DNA of 62,600 nucleotides, counting the filler, from Fonticula-like sp. SCN 57-25 (lineage: Eukaryota): NCBI GenBank assembly GCA_001724245.1. It is 12 parts of 12 records of this genome, joined end to end, with 100 filler letters (N's around TTAATTAATTAA, not from the genome) between each part and the next. Parts side by side here need not be neighbours in the genome. Positions count along the whole stretch, not along the records: positions 25,772 to 30,812 come from MEDX01000643.1; positions 30,913 to 36,357 come from MEDX01000644.1; positions 36,458 to 42,163 come from MEDX01000645.1; 9 more parts are not named here. One strand, written 5' to 3'. Position numbers and translations under genes: made by a program. Of this stretch, positions 25,772 to 37,609 are shown one piece after another. How positions within the stretch are numbered: the first letter of the stretch is position 1; every line of letters begins with the position of its first letter. Under the pieces are notes generated by a model that did not search any database, had not been told where the DNA came from, and saw only the letters and a program-made list of their open reading frames with translations.

Positions 25772-27819
25772 GATTAAGAGGCTGCTGGCGTGCATTGACG
25801 AGCAGGTGATTCCGGCGGATTTGGTGGAGATGTTGGATGAGCCTGTGGGGCAGTTTTATGATGGGTGTCTCGTGGTGGAGGTGAGGAATTATAGGGGGGG
25901 GAGTGGAGTGGAGGTGAGGAGAGGGTTGTTGAGGCCGACGCAAGAGTCGATATATGCGGATTTGCATGTTTTGAATGCTCAATCGGGAGGTGCGAAAAAT
26001 CTAGTTTTTGTTACTTGTTTGGCTTGTTTTTGGTGCTTTTTGGTGTGTTTTGATACATGATTTGTTGTGTTTTGCTTGTTTTTTGTTGTTTGTTTGCATG
26101 TTTTTTGAGGTTATTTTTCCATTGTTGCTTGAATTGTTACTTGTGCTGCTTCTGATATTGTGACATTGTGATTTGTTCTTTTTCTTCTCCTTTCTGACAT
26201 TTCCCTTAGGCCGCTGGTCCTTGCCGCACTTTCTCGAGCTAGAGCGACGCATTCTCCTCCACACCGCCGACCCCCTCTGCCTCGACCCCTCCGTCAACGT
26301 CTCCCTCGTCCTCAACGCCGTCAACTACAACCGCGGCAAGGCGCACGTGCCGCTTCGCCGCCGCCATGCGGCCCCGCCCGCGACATTCCCGCCGCCGCCC
26401 ACGACGTTTCCCACGTGGAAGCCAAAGGAGAAATTCCTGCCAAAGTTTGCGCTGCTCAGCTTTCTCGAGCAGAAGCGCGCGGAAAATCCGGACACGTTTC
26501 CGGATTCGAGCCGCCTGCTCGTCCTCGGCGCGGTCAATAATGCAATGTCTGCTTCTAATGTGGCGTCGGCGGCGCCAGCAGCAGCAAGTGCGGGTGGTTC
26601 AGTGGCGAATGTGAGCGCCGCCGAGCCAGCAAAGAAGAGCGCGCCGCGCCGCGCGCAGTACAGCGAAGTGGCGAGCGTGCGCGGCTTTCCTATCCTGCCG
26701 ACGTACGCGCAGACGGAAATTTCGCTGCTGCGGCGGACGCGCTCGCGCGTGCTGCGCTATGAGAGCGCAGAGCTCAAGGTGGCGATCACGGCAGAGTTTT
26801 TCCGCGTGGCGGGGTCGCCGACGCCGCGCACGAGCAATGAAGTCGTGCTGAGAATTGCGCGGCAGGGCGACCACGGCGGGTCGAGTGGCGACGCGATGCG
26901 GTTCTTTGTGGGTGACGAGCTGTCGGCGAGCCAGTACGCGGTCAAGCTCGAGGATAGATTGGTAAAGTATGAGGGGTTTGTGTGCAAGCAGGACTCGGCG
27001 CTCAAGGAAGGCGGCGGCGCGGCGGGCGGCGCAGCGCATATCCAGGTGCACGGCGCGCAGGCGCAGGCGCAGGCGGCTGCTGCGGCAGCGGCGGCGGCGG
27101 CGCAGATGCGAAAGGGGCCGGCCATGGGGGCGCCCGCTGCCGCCGCGGCCGCCGCGGCGGGCATGAAGGGGCGGCCGGGCCAGATGCCGCCGCACGCCGC
27201 GGCAGCAGCGCAGGGCAAGCCAATGATGGGCGGCGCGATTCCGGCGGGGCGCATGCCAAAGGGCGCCGCGCCGCAGCAGCAGCAGCTTGCACACGCGCAG
27301 GAGATGCAGATGGCGGCGGGTCGCCCCGCGGCCGGCATGATGCAGGCGCCGAGCCCCGGCCGCCCGTCGATGCTCGGCATGGCCGCGGCCACGCAGATCT
27401 ACGGCGCGCGGCCGGCGGCGGGCGCGGCGCAGGCGGCGGCGCGGCCGGGCATGCACGCCATGCAGCAGGGCGACGCGGCGGCGGCGGCGGCGACGGTCAA
27501 CCCGATGGCGCTGATGGGCCGGCCGGGCGCGTACCCCGCGCAGCAGCAGCAGCAGCAGAGGCCCGTCGGCGGGATGGTGTCGGCGCGCATGATGCTCGTG
27601 AACCAGATGCAGCAGCAGCAGCAGCAGCAGGCGGCGGCGGCGGCGCAGGCGGGTGGCCGGCCGGGGATGGCGCAGCAGCAGCAGCAGATGACGCAGCAGC
27701 AGATGACGCAGATGCAGATGCAGCACCAGCAGCAGCAGATGGCCGTGAGGGCGGCGGCGGCGCAGGCGGCGGGGTCGCCGAGGCCGGCTGGGCAGCAGCA
27801 GCAGCAGCAGAGGCAGTAG
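25772..27819 (+). CDS. SPT20: SAGA subunit Spt20-like with Q/A/M-rich tail; 5' truncated
   Basis: IPADLVEML..FYDGCLVVEVRNYR..LLRPTQESIYAD and LELERRILLHTADPLCLDP (Spt20 domain). Intron ~25990-26209. Confidence 0.85.
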
Positions 27820-28076
27820 CGCGAATTTTTCAGATTGATGATCATCTTTTTTGGTTCTTTCTGTATGTTTTGTGTACAACGTTCATGTTAATATACTATT
27901 GATGACACTGAAAATGGGTATTTGGAGAGGAAAAGTTCTTGATAAGCATTGACTAAAGTATCATTATTGAACAGGTATTAAACATGGAATGACTAAAATA
28001 TGGACAAAGAGTATCAAAAAAGAGGGCAGCGCAGCGACCGGATGACAATGAATTGCCCCGCCCTGTTCATCACACT

Positions 28077-29920
28077 TCAGATGCGCGTGACATCACGTCC
28101 AAAGATCCACGTGAGGAACCAGTACATCGGAATAAGAATCTTATTCTTCATGCTGACCGTCTGCGTAAAGTACGCCGAGCGCCACAAGAGCCACGCGGCG
28201 CGCCCGCTCGTGCTGCCCGCCTCGGACGCGTCCACAAGCGCAGTCCAGTTGCCGAGGTACGCCATCGAAGCAAGGTGGTTGTACTTGAACGGCGCAGAAG
28301 CAGCGCCGTCTACGCCGCCCGCCTCGCCTTCCTTGGCGCGCCGGTTCATTTCTGCCGTGCAATGTGAGCAAATGTACGCACTTTTTAAGAATTAGGCGGG
28401 AAAATGCGCACCTCTGGCGAGATAAGCGCCCTGCTGCGACGCGACCTGCGCCGTGGCGGCGAGCGGCCCGCCCTTGATGCTCGCGGCGTCGCCGAGCGCG
28501 TACACGTTTGGCACGACGCTGCCGTTGGCGTCGAGGAGGCGCAGGCTGCCGTCGACGAGCGCGCGGCCGGCCTTGTCCTTGCCGGCGCCGAGCGAGCGCA
28601 CGAGCGGTACTGGCTCGACGCCGGTCGCCCACACAAGCAAGCCATATTCAAGCTGGGCAAACGTACCGTCAGCAAAGGTTAAATTGGGGCGAAATGGTAT
28701 GAAATTGGGATGAAATGGGCCAAAAATGAACCAAGATGGGACAAAAATGGGCAAAAAACATCAAAAAAAACGTACACGAGTGCCGTCGCTGAGTATCACG
28801 TGGTCTGCTTCGACGCCCTTGACGGCAACGCGGCTCTTGATGGCGACGCCGCCCTTGTTAAACTTTTTCATGGCATAGTCGCTGAGGGACTTGTTGAAGC
28901 CGCCGAGGATGCGGTCGCTCGCCTCGACGAGTGTGATGCGCACGCGGCTGCCAAGACGAGTGTACTGACGGCGGAGATCATCATGAATAAAGTCATACAC
29001 TAGAGGGGAAAAGTCGGGGTAAGTGAAAGAAAATAGAGTCATTTGCTTTTAAGAATGAACCAGATACCATAAGAGTCTGCAGGAATGATGCACAAATGAT
29101 AAGGAAATTTCGCGATAAATAACACAAATATTCACACGAGACACGTAGCTCAACATTATATTATACATGTAATTGCGTACACTCTCCGGCGAATTCGACG
29201 CCTGTTGGCCCACCACCGACCACCACAAAGTGCAGCAGCTTGTCTATCTGCTCCACCGTCATGCCCGGCTGGTGCGCCATCTCAAAGCCTGCATCGAGTC
29301 AGCGATCAAATAAAAAGAGCACGTGCGTACAGTCAATGATGCGCTGCCGAATGCGCCGCGCGTGGCTGATTTCCTTGAGGAACATGGCGTGCTCCTTGAC
29401 GCCCGGGATCCCAAAGGTGTTGGAGTTGGCGCCCGCGGCCACCACGAGATGATCGTACGGCAGTGTGAACGATGCCGACGCCTCGTTCTTGTCGCCGTAC
29501 GCCCACGTGCACGTCAGCTCCTTGCGATCGAGATCGATTGAGTTACACTTTGCTTGGTAGTAGTCGATGTCGGATCGCAATGATCGAAGCGATTCGGCCA
29601 CACTAGGGATCATGTCAGGGGGATCGCGGAGGATCAGATGGAGCGCACCAGCGATGCTCGATGGTGCCGACGGCCGTGCCCGCGAGCAGCGGCGTAAAGA
29701 CAAAGTGGTTGCGCGGGCTGACCACGACAACCTCGTGCTCTTGCGTCCTGATGTGGCGCAGGAGGGAGAAGGCGCCCCAGCCTGATCCGACCACCACGAG
29801 CCGGCCTGGAATCGCGATTGGATCTCAGCCATCACAACAACAGAGAGAGGCAGGCGTACCACGGGGCTTAACTACAGACACAATGCTGCGTCGCACTATG
29901 GTATTGCTTGCTGCGTTCAT
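28077..29920 (-). CDS. Type II (alternative) NADH dehydrogenase; multi-exon, start approximate
   Basis: [85 protein letters not shown]. Confidence 0.92.
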
Positions 29921-30258
29921 GCTGGCGCGTGCTACAAGACGATGGAGGCAGCAGATGTATAAACTGCACCGAAACGTGATCGCAATGCTTGCACAACTGA
30001 TTCGTCAGCTGGCAACCCTGTGGCATGCATGTGGAACACCCTGTCACAGGCGTGCCAGGACGGATTCGTTCTTTTAACAACAAAAACACCACCTCAAGGG
30101 CCATCGGCGCTAGACGGGCGTGTTGTTGTTGCGGTGATTTGAGCGAGGCCAGGAAGAAGTGGAGTAGAGAGGGGGAATTTTGATAGAGGAAACGGAGCGA
30201 CTGTGTGCCGCTTTGTTTTTTTTTTCGTTTTTACCGTCCCCTTTTGAATCACTCGACG

Positions 30259-30812
30259 ATGGCGGCGCCACCCACCATGTTGAGCAACGGTGCGTAAACT
30301 GTCGTGATGAGCGCGCGGCATGAACTTTTTCGTGCCTTATTTTACGTTTATATTGCGTGATATATTCAGTTTTTGTTATCCTCTTTATTCCTTTTTGTTG
30401 CGCTGCGTTTCCTGACACGCTTCTTTCCTCCAGTCGTTGCTCTTGAGGCGACTCTGACTCCCTGCGACGATCAACCGCTGATCGAAGGATGGACGTCCTT
30501 TGTGCGCTACTCCACCCCCTCTGCCGACTTTGCGGACGAGCGCGCCTACCTCACTGACCGCGCCGACCTCATCGGCGACGACCTTCGCATGATTGCCATG
30601 CTGGATCGCAACCAGGTCGCCGGCGAAGGCGTCCTGTCCATCATCTACTCGTACCGCGGCGTGTCGCGCGCCATCCCGCTGCAGACCGACGACAGCGTCG
30701 ACAAGACTGAGGTCAGCGAGAAGAGATACGAAGTCCTGCGCCCCGAGGTGCTCAAGATGAAGCAGCTGATGGCCTTTCAGGAAAAGTCCGCGGCCCTCAT
30801 CGTCGATGTACG
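30259..30812 (+). CDS. CYFIP: CYFIP/Sra1 (WAVE regulatory complex subunit), N-terminal part
   Basis: LSNVVALE..DDQPLIEG..FADERAY, IYSYRGVSRAIP, EVLRPEVLKMKQLMAFQ align with the CYFIP N-terminus. Confidence 0.8.
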
Positions 30813-30912
30813 NNNNNNNNNNNNNNNNNNNNNNNNNNNNNNNNNNNNNNNNNNNNTTAATTAATTAANNNNNNNNNNNNNNNNNNNNNNNNNNNNNNNN
30901 NNNNNNNNNNNN

Positions 30913-31781
30913 GATTGCTGACGCGATCTACTACACGCTGACGACGCTCGCGGGCGCGCAGACGCTCGGTGAAGAGTACTGCGAGATTGTGCAGACGAGC
31001 GCGGGGACGCGCGCGTTGCCGGGGTTTGCGAGGAGACTGGCGCTCGTCATGCTGCAGACGGTCGGGCCCTACGCTGCGACAAAGTTGTACGGGAGGGCGG
31101 TGGCCAGGGCGGCGGCGGCGGACCCCCAGGAGGGAGAAGGCGAGAGCAGGACGGTGGCGTGGATGCGCGCGGCAAAGAATATTGTGCAGGACGAAGTGCC
31201 GCTCGTGCACCTCGCCGTTTTTTACTTTGTGGGGACATACTACTCGATAGCCAAGCGTCTCACGCAGACAACATATGTACGAAAGAAAATTGAGCTGTGT
31301 TCCTTTGATTTTATGTCGTTATTTGATGATATGTATCTTATTTTTTCCTTTTTCACCTTTTGATTCTGATTGATTTCGATTCTAGATACTTTCGCGGGAT
31401 CTTGCCCCTGGCGAGGAGCGGCCAAAGTACACGTCGCTCGGCGTTCTTCTCGCTCTCCAGCTGCTCTTTCGTGCCCGGACGGCGGTCTTGGACGCACTTG
31501 AATTGTCGCGCGAAGCCCCGAAAGAGGCCCCCGACGCGGGAGAGTCCAACAGCGTCATGCCGGCAGAGGAGGATGCAGATGAGCCAGTCGACCCGACCGA
31601 GGACGATCCGCAGCGAAAGTGCTCGCTCTGTCTGAGCACGCGAAAGTCGAGCGCGGCGACGCAGTGCGGGCACCTGTTCTGCTGGGAGTGCATCTGCGAG
31701 TGGTGCAACAGCAAGGCAGAGTGCCCGCTGTGCCGCCAGGCAATCACCTTGTCGAGAATTCTGCCACTGTACAACTTTTAA
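30913..31781 (+). CDS. PEX10: Peroxin 10; 5' truncated
   Basis: YYTLTTLAGAQTLGEEYCEIVQ, HLAVFYFVGTYYSIAKRLT, C3HC4 RING CGHLFCWECICEW..ECPLCRQ. Confidence 0.92.
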
Positions 31782-32356
31782 AATAATTTAATGTATTAAT
31801 AGAGGACCATGTGCCACGGGAAGCATTGAAATAAATAGCTCAATGAGCCGTTTGGCTTGCTTTAATACTTGCTCCATAATTGACAACAACCAGGGGTAAG
31901 TCGCATGTCCACAATGATCGTGCCGATCTACCGCGGCAGGTAAAACCCAAGTCCACTTTACCTTATCTATGCCGATGGCGACGTCACCCCGCAACGGTCG
32001 CGCTTCGTCATCCACTTCTGCCGTGTTGTTCCAAATGTTCTACGTCCGCGTCACCCCCGGTCTCGCCTCGTCGGCGTCATCCATGCAAATATTCGACCCC
32101 GGATTCCACCCCGAACCACGTGCGACGTAGTTCGACTCAACTGTTGTCGTCTCTGCGCAAAGCCAATGAGCGTAGAATTTCTATAAATGGGCAAAAGTGG
32201 GATGCTAAGGGCCAATCAGATTGCGTCGATAAGGGTCGCGGCCGCTTGGCCACGCGGTCGCGAAGAGCCTTTAAAAAGGCCGCGTGGGCTCCTTTTCTTT
32301 CACAGTGTGCCTGCCCTCTTTTCGTTGCCCAGATCAGATCTTTTTTTTGTCTGAAC

Positions 32357-35300
32357 ATGCCTGGCCCGATCAAGGAAGTTGCAGCTACCGCTACCAGCAC
32401 TGGCTCCGTATGTCTCTCCCCCGCATTGCCCGCATTTGTTCTGACGCTTTATCCTCTTTTTTTTTGCTAATCTTAGCCCAAGGGAAAGGCTACGCCCGCC
32501 AAGGCTGCCGCCCCGGCTGCTGAGGCCCCGGCCACCGCCGGTGCCGCTACCGGCAACCTCAAGGCCAAGGCTGAGGAGGTTGTGAAGGCCCTTGCCGCCC
32601 CCACTGAGGAGGCCCGCAAGGAGGCCGCCGTTGCCGCCGCCAAGTTCCTTAAGAACGAGGCCGGTCTCGCTGCCATCTTTGAGCTCGGCATGGACAAGGC
32701 CCTCATGGAGGCCGCTGAGCACAAGAAGTCGGCTGAGGCTCGCCAGGGCGCCATGGAGTTCCTCCTCGCGTTCCTTGCCGAGTTCGGCCAGGCCGCTGAG
32801 CCTTTTATGCTCAAGATGCTCCCGGTCGTCTTCACCACCGTCAGCGACAAGAGCAAGAACGTCGCCACCGTTGCCGAGGCCGTCATTGACGCCTTCCGCA
32901 AGTTCACGGCCTCGCGCCCGAACACCGCCATTCCCCTCCTCGACGTTGTCTTTGAGGGCTTCCAGAACGGCAAGTGGCAGTCGAAGAACGCTGCTCTCCA
33001 GCTCCTCCTCGCCCTTGTCGGCACTGCCCCCGTGCAGATCTGGCACCGCATGCCCGAGATCGTCCCCCTCATGACCGATCTCATGTGGGACACCCGCGCT
33101 GAGGTCGCCCAGTCGGCCCTCGAGTGCCTGACTGCCTGCCTCAACATTATCAACAACAAGGATCTTACCCCCTTCATCCCGGCCCTTGTTGCTGCCCTCC
33201 GCGACCCCACCATGGTCAGCGAGACCGTCCAGCAGCTCGCCTCGACGACCTTCGTCCAGACCGTGTCGCGTGCTGCCCTCTCGGGTGTCGTGCCGCTCCT
33301 CCTCCGTGGTCTCCGCGAGTCCACCTCGGTCCGCCGTCAGTCGGCCAAGATTGCCTCCAACATGTGCAAGCTCGTCGAGAAGCCCAGCGAGGCTGCGCCT
33401 TTCCTCCCCCAGCTCACCCCCGCCCTCACCAAGGCTGTTGCTGAGCTCGCCGATCCCGAGGCCCGTGAGGTTTGCGAGCAGGCTATTGCCCAGCTCGAGC
33501 GCATCAAGACCGCCGCCGCCTCCGAGCGCAAGACCGCCGACAAGCAGGCCATTCTTGAGCGCCTCCACGTCATCTTCCTCGAGAAGAAGATCAACCTCGA
33601 CGGTGCCATGGTCGCCCTCGTCGTCGACTATGTCGCCCACGTCACGACCCTCCTCACCGCCATGGACGACTTTGATGCGTCCCACTGGGAGCGCAACGTT
33701 GTGCCGTACCTCGCCCCCATCACCTCGGAGGCCGCCGCCATTGCTGAGGCCACCCGCGTCTTCTTCGAGGCCGCCGCCGTCGTCAAGGAGGAGGTCGACC
33801 AGGATGATGATGCTGAGGAGCTCTGCAACTGCCACTTCACCCTCGCTTATGGTGACAAGATCCTGCTCCACAACGCCGACATGAAGCTCCTCCGCGGTCG
33901 CCGCTATGGTCTTCTCGGTGCCAACGACTCTGGTAAGTCGACGCTCATGCGCGCCATTGCCAACGGCCAGGTCGACGGCTTCCCGCCGGCCAACGAGGTC
34001 ACGACCGTTTTCGTCGAGGCCGATATTCAGGGCGAGATGTCTCACCTTTCCTGCATGGAGTACATTCTTGCCGACGAGCGCATCCGCAAGTGCGGCGCTC
34101 CCCGCGAGAAGGTCGCTGAGGTCCTCTCGACCGTCGGCTTCACCCCCCAGATGCAGTCGAACGGTGTGACCACCCTTTCCGGTGGTTGGCGCATGAAGCT
34201 CGCGCTTGCGCGTGCTATGCTTCAGAACGCCGATATTCTGCTGCTCGACGAGCCCACTAACCACTTGGACGTCATCAACGTTGCCTGGGTGCAGAACTAC
34301 CTCAACAGCCTCACCAACGTGACCTCGATCATTGTGTCTCACGACTCGAACCTCCTCAACAACTGCTGCACGCACATTCTCCAGATTGCTGACCTCAAGC
34401 TCAACATCTACCGCGGCAACCTTTCCTCGTTCGTCGAGAAGCACCCCGAGGCCCGCACCTACTTTGACTTCAAGGCCACCAAGATGCGCTTCAAGTTCCC
34501 CCAGCCCGGATTCCTCCAGGGCATCAAGACCAAGGGTAAGGCCCTCATGAAGATGACTGACTGCTCGTACACCTACCCGACCAACACCAAGCCGACGATC
34601 TCGAAGATTACCGTCCAGGTCTCGCTCTCGTCGCGTGTCGCCTGCGTCGGTGTTAACGGTGCCGGCAAGTCGACCATGATCAAGCTCCTCACCGGTGAGC
34701 TCGAGCCCCAGACTGGTGTCGTCTGGAAGCACAGCGGTTGCCGTGTCGCCTACGTCGCCCAGCACGCCTTCCACCACATTGAGAACCACCTCACCAAGAC
34801 CCCCAACGAGTACATCCGTTGGCGTTACGAAGGCGGTGATGACCGCGAGGGTCTCGAGAAGGTGACTGTCGTCGAGACTGCTGAGGACATTGCCAAGCTC
34901 CAGACCCCCTTCATGTGGGACATCACCAACGAGGAGGGCGTTGTCATCCGCAAGGAGAAGCGCACGATCGAGCAGCTCACTGGTGCCCGCCGCCTTGTCA
35001 ACAAGGAGTTTGCCTATGAGGTCCAGTGGGTTGGCATGCTCATGGCCGACAACTCGTACGTGCCCCGCAAGCGCCTCGAGCAGCTCGGCGTTGAGAAGCA
35101 GCTGAACCGCATCGATGACGTCTGCCAGTCCAAGGAGGGTCTGTACCAGCGCCCCCTTACCCAGAACAACGTCGAGAAGCACCTCGAGGACTTTGGTCTC
35201 CACCGCGAGTATGGTTCGCACACCCGCATGGCCGCCCTCTCTGGCGGTCACAAGGTCAAGGTCGTGCTTGCCGCCGCCATGTGGAACCAGCCCCATATCC

Positions 35301-35674
35301 TCATTCTTGACGAGCCTACCAACTACCTCGATCGCGACTCGCTCGGTGCCCTCGCCTCGGCCATCCGTGACTTTGAGGGTGGTGTTGTCATGATTACCCA
35401 CAACAATGAGTTCTGCTCGCAGCTCTGCCCCGAGACGTGGGTGCTCGAGAACGGCCTGCTTGACTGCCGCGGCGACGCTGACTGGATGAACCAGCAGGCC
35501 AGCGAGAAGGTCGAGTTCGTCGCCCTCGAGACGATGACTGACGCGCTTGGCAACACGAGCAAGGTTAAGCAGCCCAAGAAGGTCCTCACCCGCAAGGAGC
35601 GCATCCAGCGCGACAAGCGCCGCGCCGCCAAGATTGCCAACGGCGAGGAGCTCAGCTCGGACGATGACGAATAG
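32357..35674 (+). CDS. eEF3: Translation elongation factor 3 (HEAT repeats plus two ABC domains with chromo-like insert)
   Basis: HEAT region (QLASTTFVQTV), ELCNCHFTLAYG, two Walker A motifs, LSGGW/LSGGH, basic-acidic tail. Intron 32408-32476. Strongly biased codon usage. Confidence 0.93.
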
Positions 35675-35821
35675 ACGGCGCGCCTCTGAAAAGAGTGCAA
35701 AAATTTGAAAATGGACAAAAAAGAATGGTTGAAGCTTTTTGCGCATTTCAAGTTCACTTTTATTTTGATGCCTTTTTGGAGTCGTTTATGTTGATTCGCT
35801 GTTTTCCACTTGCTTTTGTAT

Positions 35822-36357
35822 TTAAATGAGTGCTGGCTCCGGTGCGCGTTGCCTGCGCGCCTCGCTCATCATTTCGTTCTTATTAATAAAGAATAGCCAT
35901 TAAAATTACTTGCCATTGAAAACCGCAACACTTGAAAAGGGAAATTGAAAACCGCAACACTTGAAAAGGGAAAGGGATACAGAAAACAGTTGATTGGTGC
36001 ATGTTTGCCATATTGACAGATGAGAAAGTAATGATTTGGCTTGCCTGATATATGGATTCATGTGCATTTGCCATATTGTGAGGCCTACAGGCTGTGCGAA
36101 AGAGAACCATAATGGTAATTTGATGCAGTTAATGTGTAATAAGGCGCACAAAGTGTACAGTATTGGAATGGTACTCTAAATACTCTATTACTCTAGTGCA
36201 TTTACAACTGGAATCACTGGAAGGTTCTAACATCAAAAACAACATAAAACTGTACTACGCGCTGCAATTTCTAAACACTTTTCAAAATTCACTACTCTGA
36301 AATGTGCACCTGGAAAGCCGCGTCGCCGATCCTCTTCCTCCTGACGCAGTCGTAGTA
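35822..36357 (-). CDS. Possible 3' end of an unidentified gene (two exons around a ~430-nt AT-rich intron)
   Basis: YYDCVRRKRIGDAAFQ|GT...AG|NEMMSEARRQRAPEPALI* splices in frame. No family recognised. Confidence 0.3.
35915..35972. repeat. Exact 29-bp tandem duplication
   Basis: ATTGAAAACCGCAACACTTGAAAAGGGAA occurs twice in a row. Confidence 0.9.
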
Positions 36358-36457
36358 NNNNNNNNNNNNNNNNNNNNNNNNNNNNNNNNNNNNNNNNNNN
36401 NTTAATTAATTAANNNNNNNNNNNNNNNNNNNNNNNNNNNNNNNNNNNNNNNNNNNN

Positions 36458-36778
36458 GCGCACTACAAGCTGAGTGATGACAGCGCATTTGCCCCGCCAC
36501 GTGACAGTGTTCTGTCATGGGACGAACCGCAAACTGCAAACTGGATCAAGTCACTTGGAGATCACTATGGGTGTTTGTCTGATGCTGGCTGGCACGGTGC
36601 TGCCCTATGTTCACTTTCGCCCATGCGTGTAATTGAGGCTGGCAAGGGAGCATTGAAGGCAATGGACGCAGCAAAGTTCATTGGAATGGTTCGTCAGATG
36701 CGAAAGGAAACTGACGGTGACAAGGACGAATGGGTGGCCAAGTGGAGTGGGACGACTCCCATTGACAACCAGGCCTAG
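36458..36778 (+). CDS. WD40-coiled-coil-SAM-SAM family, copy 1 (3' end only)
   Basis: Highly similar to the C-terminus of copy 2 (DAGWHGAALCSLSP...KWSGT.PID.QA*). Confidence 0.85.
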   Translation, partial: AHYKLSDDSAFAPPRDSVLSWDEPQTANWIKSLGDHYGCLSDAGWHGAALCSLSPMRVIEAGKGALKAMDAAKFIGMVRQMRKETDGDKDEWVAKWSGTTPIDNQA

Positions 36779-37609
36779 TATTCTTTTCATTTTATTTTGT
36801 TTCTTTGTAGACACGTGTCTACTACTATTCCACTTTCCCTTTCAATACATATTTTCTTCCTCTTCTCTTCCTTAAGTATTTATTCATGACATTGTGCTCT
36901 TGGATTACTATTCCCGCCATGGATACACTGCTCTCCCTTCTTGTCATACAAAATTGACTCTGTCCGCCGGCAATGCCACTATGTGGACGGCGTCGCATGA
37001 TGGTCATGGCCTTTGGTTGCGCGGGTCTCGGTGATGCCACGCGCGCGGCGGCGATCACGAGCGGACCATCGGCATCTTGGCGCGAGGTGCGATGTTGCCG
37101 ACGCGCATCGCGGAGCGCAGATCAGATCACTGCAGCCGTGAAGTATAGCGACAAGCAATAGTCTGGCCATACAACGATGATGTGGCGGTCCTCACCTTGG
37201 CAATCGGGCCGCGAATGCTCCACTCATTTGCAGCTGATTTGCTGCGGTCACTCGGCAGTCTGCGGTTTACAATATGCGCACTCACCAACAATTGGCAATC
37301 AACAATGCACGGCAAATTTGCTCTGCCTGTATCATACTGGTAAATGGCAAAACTGGCGGCGTGCTGGCAATCACCGGTCACCACTGGAGATCGTGGCCGG
37401 ACCAGGCCCGGATGCCCGGATGCCCGCGGAATGCGGGCGCCGCTCCCAATCACGTGATCAATTAGCGACTCCACGTGGCCGACTTTGCAGGGCGCCAACA
37501 AGAAGCTGGCAAGCGGGCCAGGAGCGACCGAGCGAGTGTCTGTCTGCCGCGCACGAGTGGGCATCAGTTGTGGTTGTAGGAAGTGAAAGAGGAAAGAGTG
37601 GTGGACGCA

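Noticed and set aside
26599-27902. Long overlapping R/C/A-rich ORFs over Spt20, and similar ones over other GC-rich genes
   Set aside because: Shadow frames of GC-rich, CAG/GCG low-complexity coding DNA.
32300-35746. 1148-aa antisense ORF over eEF3
   Set aside because: It is the in-register mirror of a highly biased gene that avoids TTA/CTA/TCA codons, and it has no protein motifs.
35915-35972. 29-bp duplication as a target-site duplication or regulatory repeat
   Set aside because: No element lies between the copies, and it sits about where length order predicts a scaffold join, so it is probably an overlap artefact or slippage.
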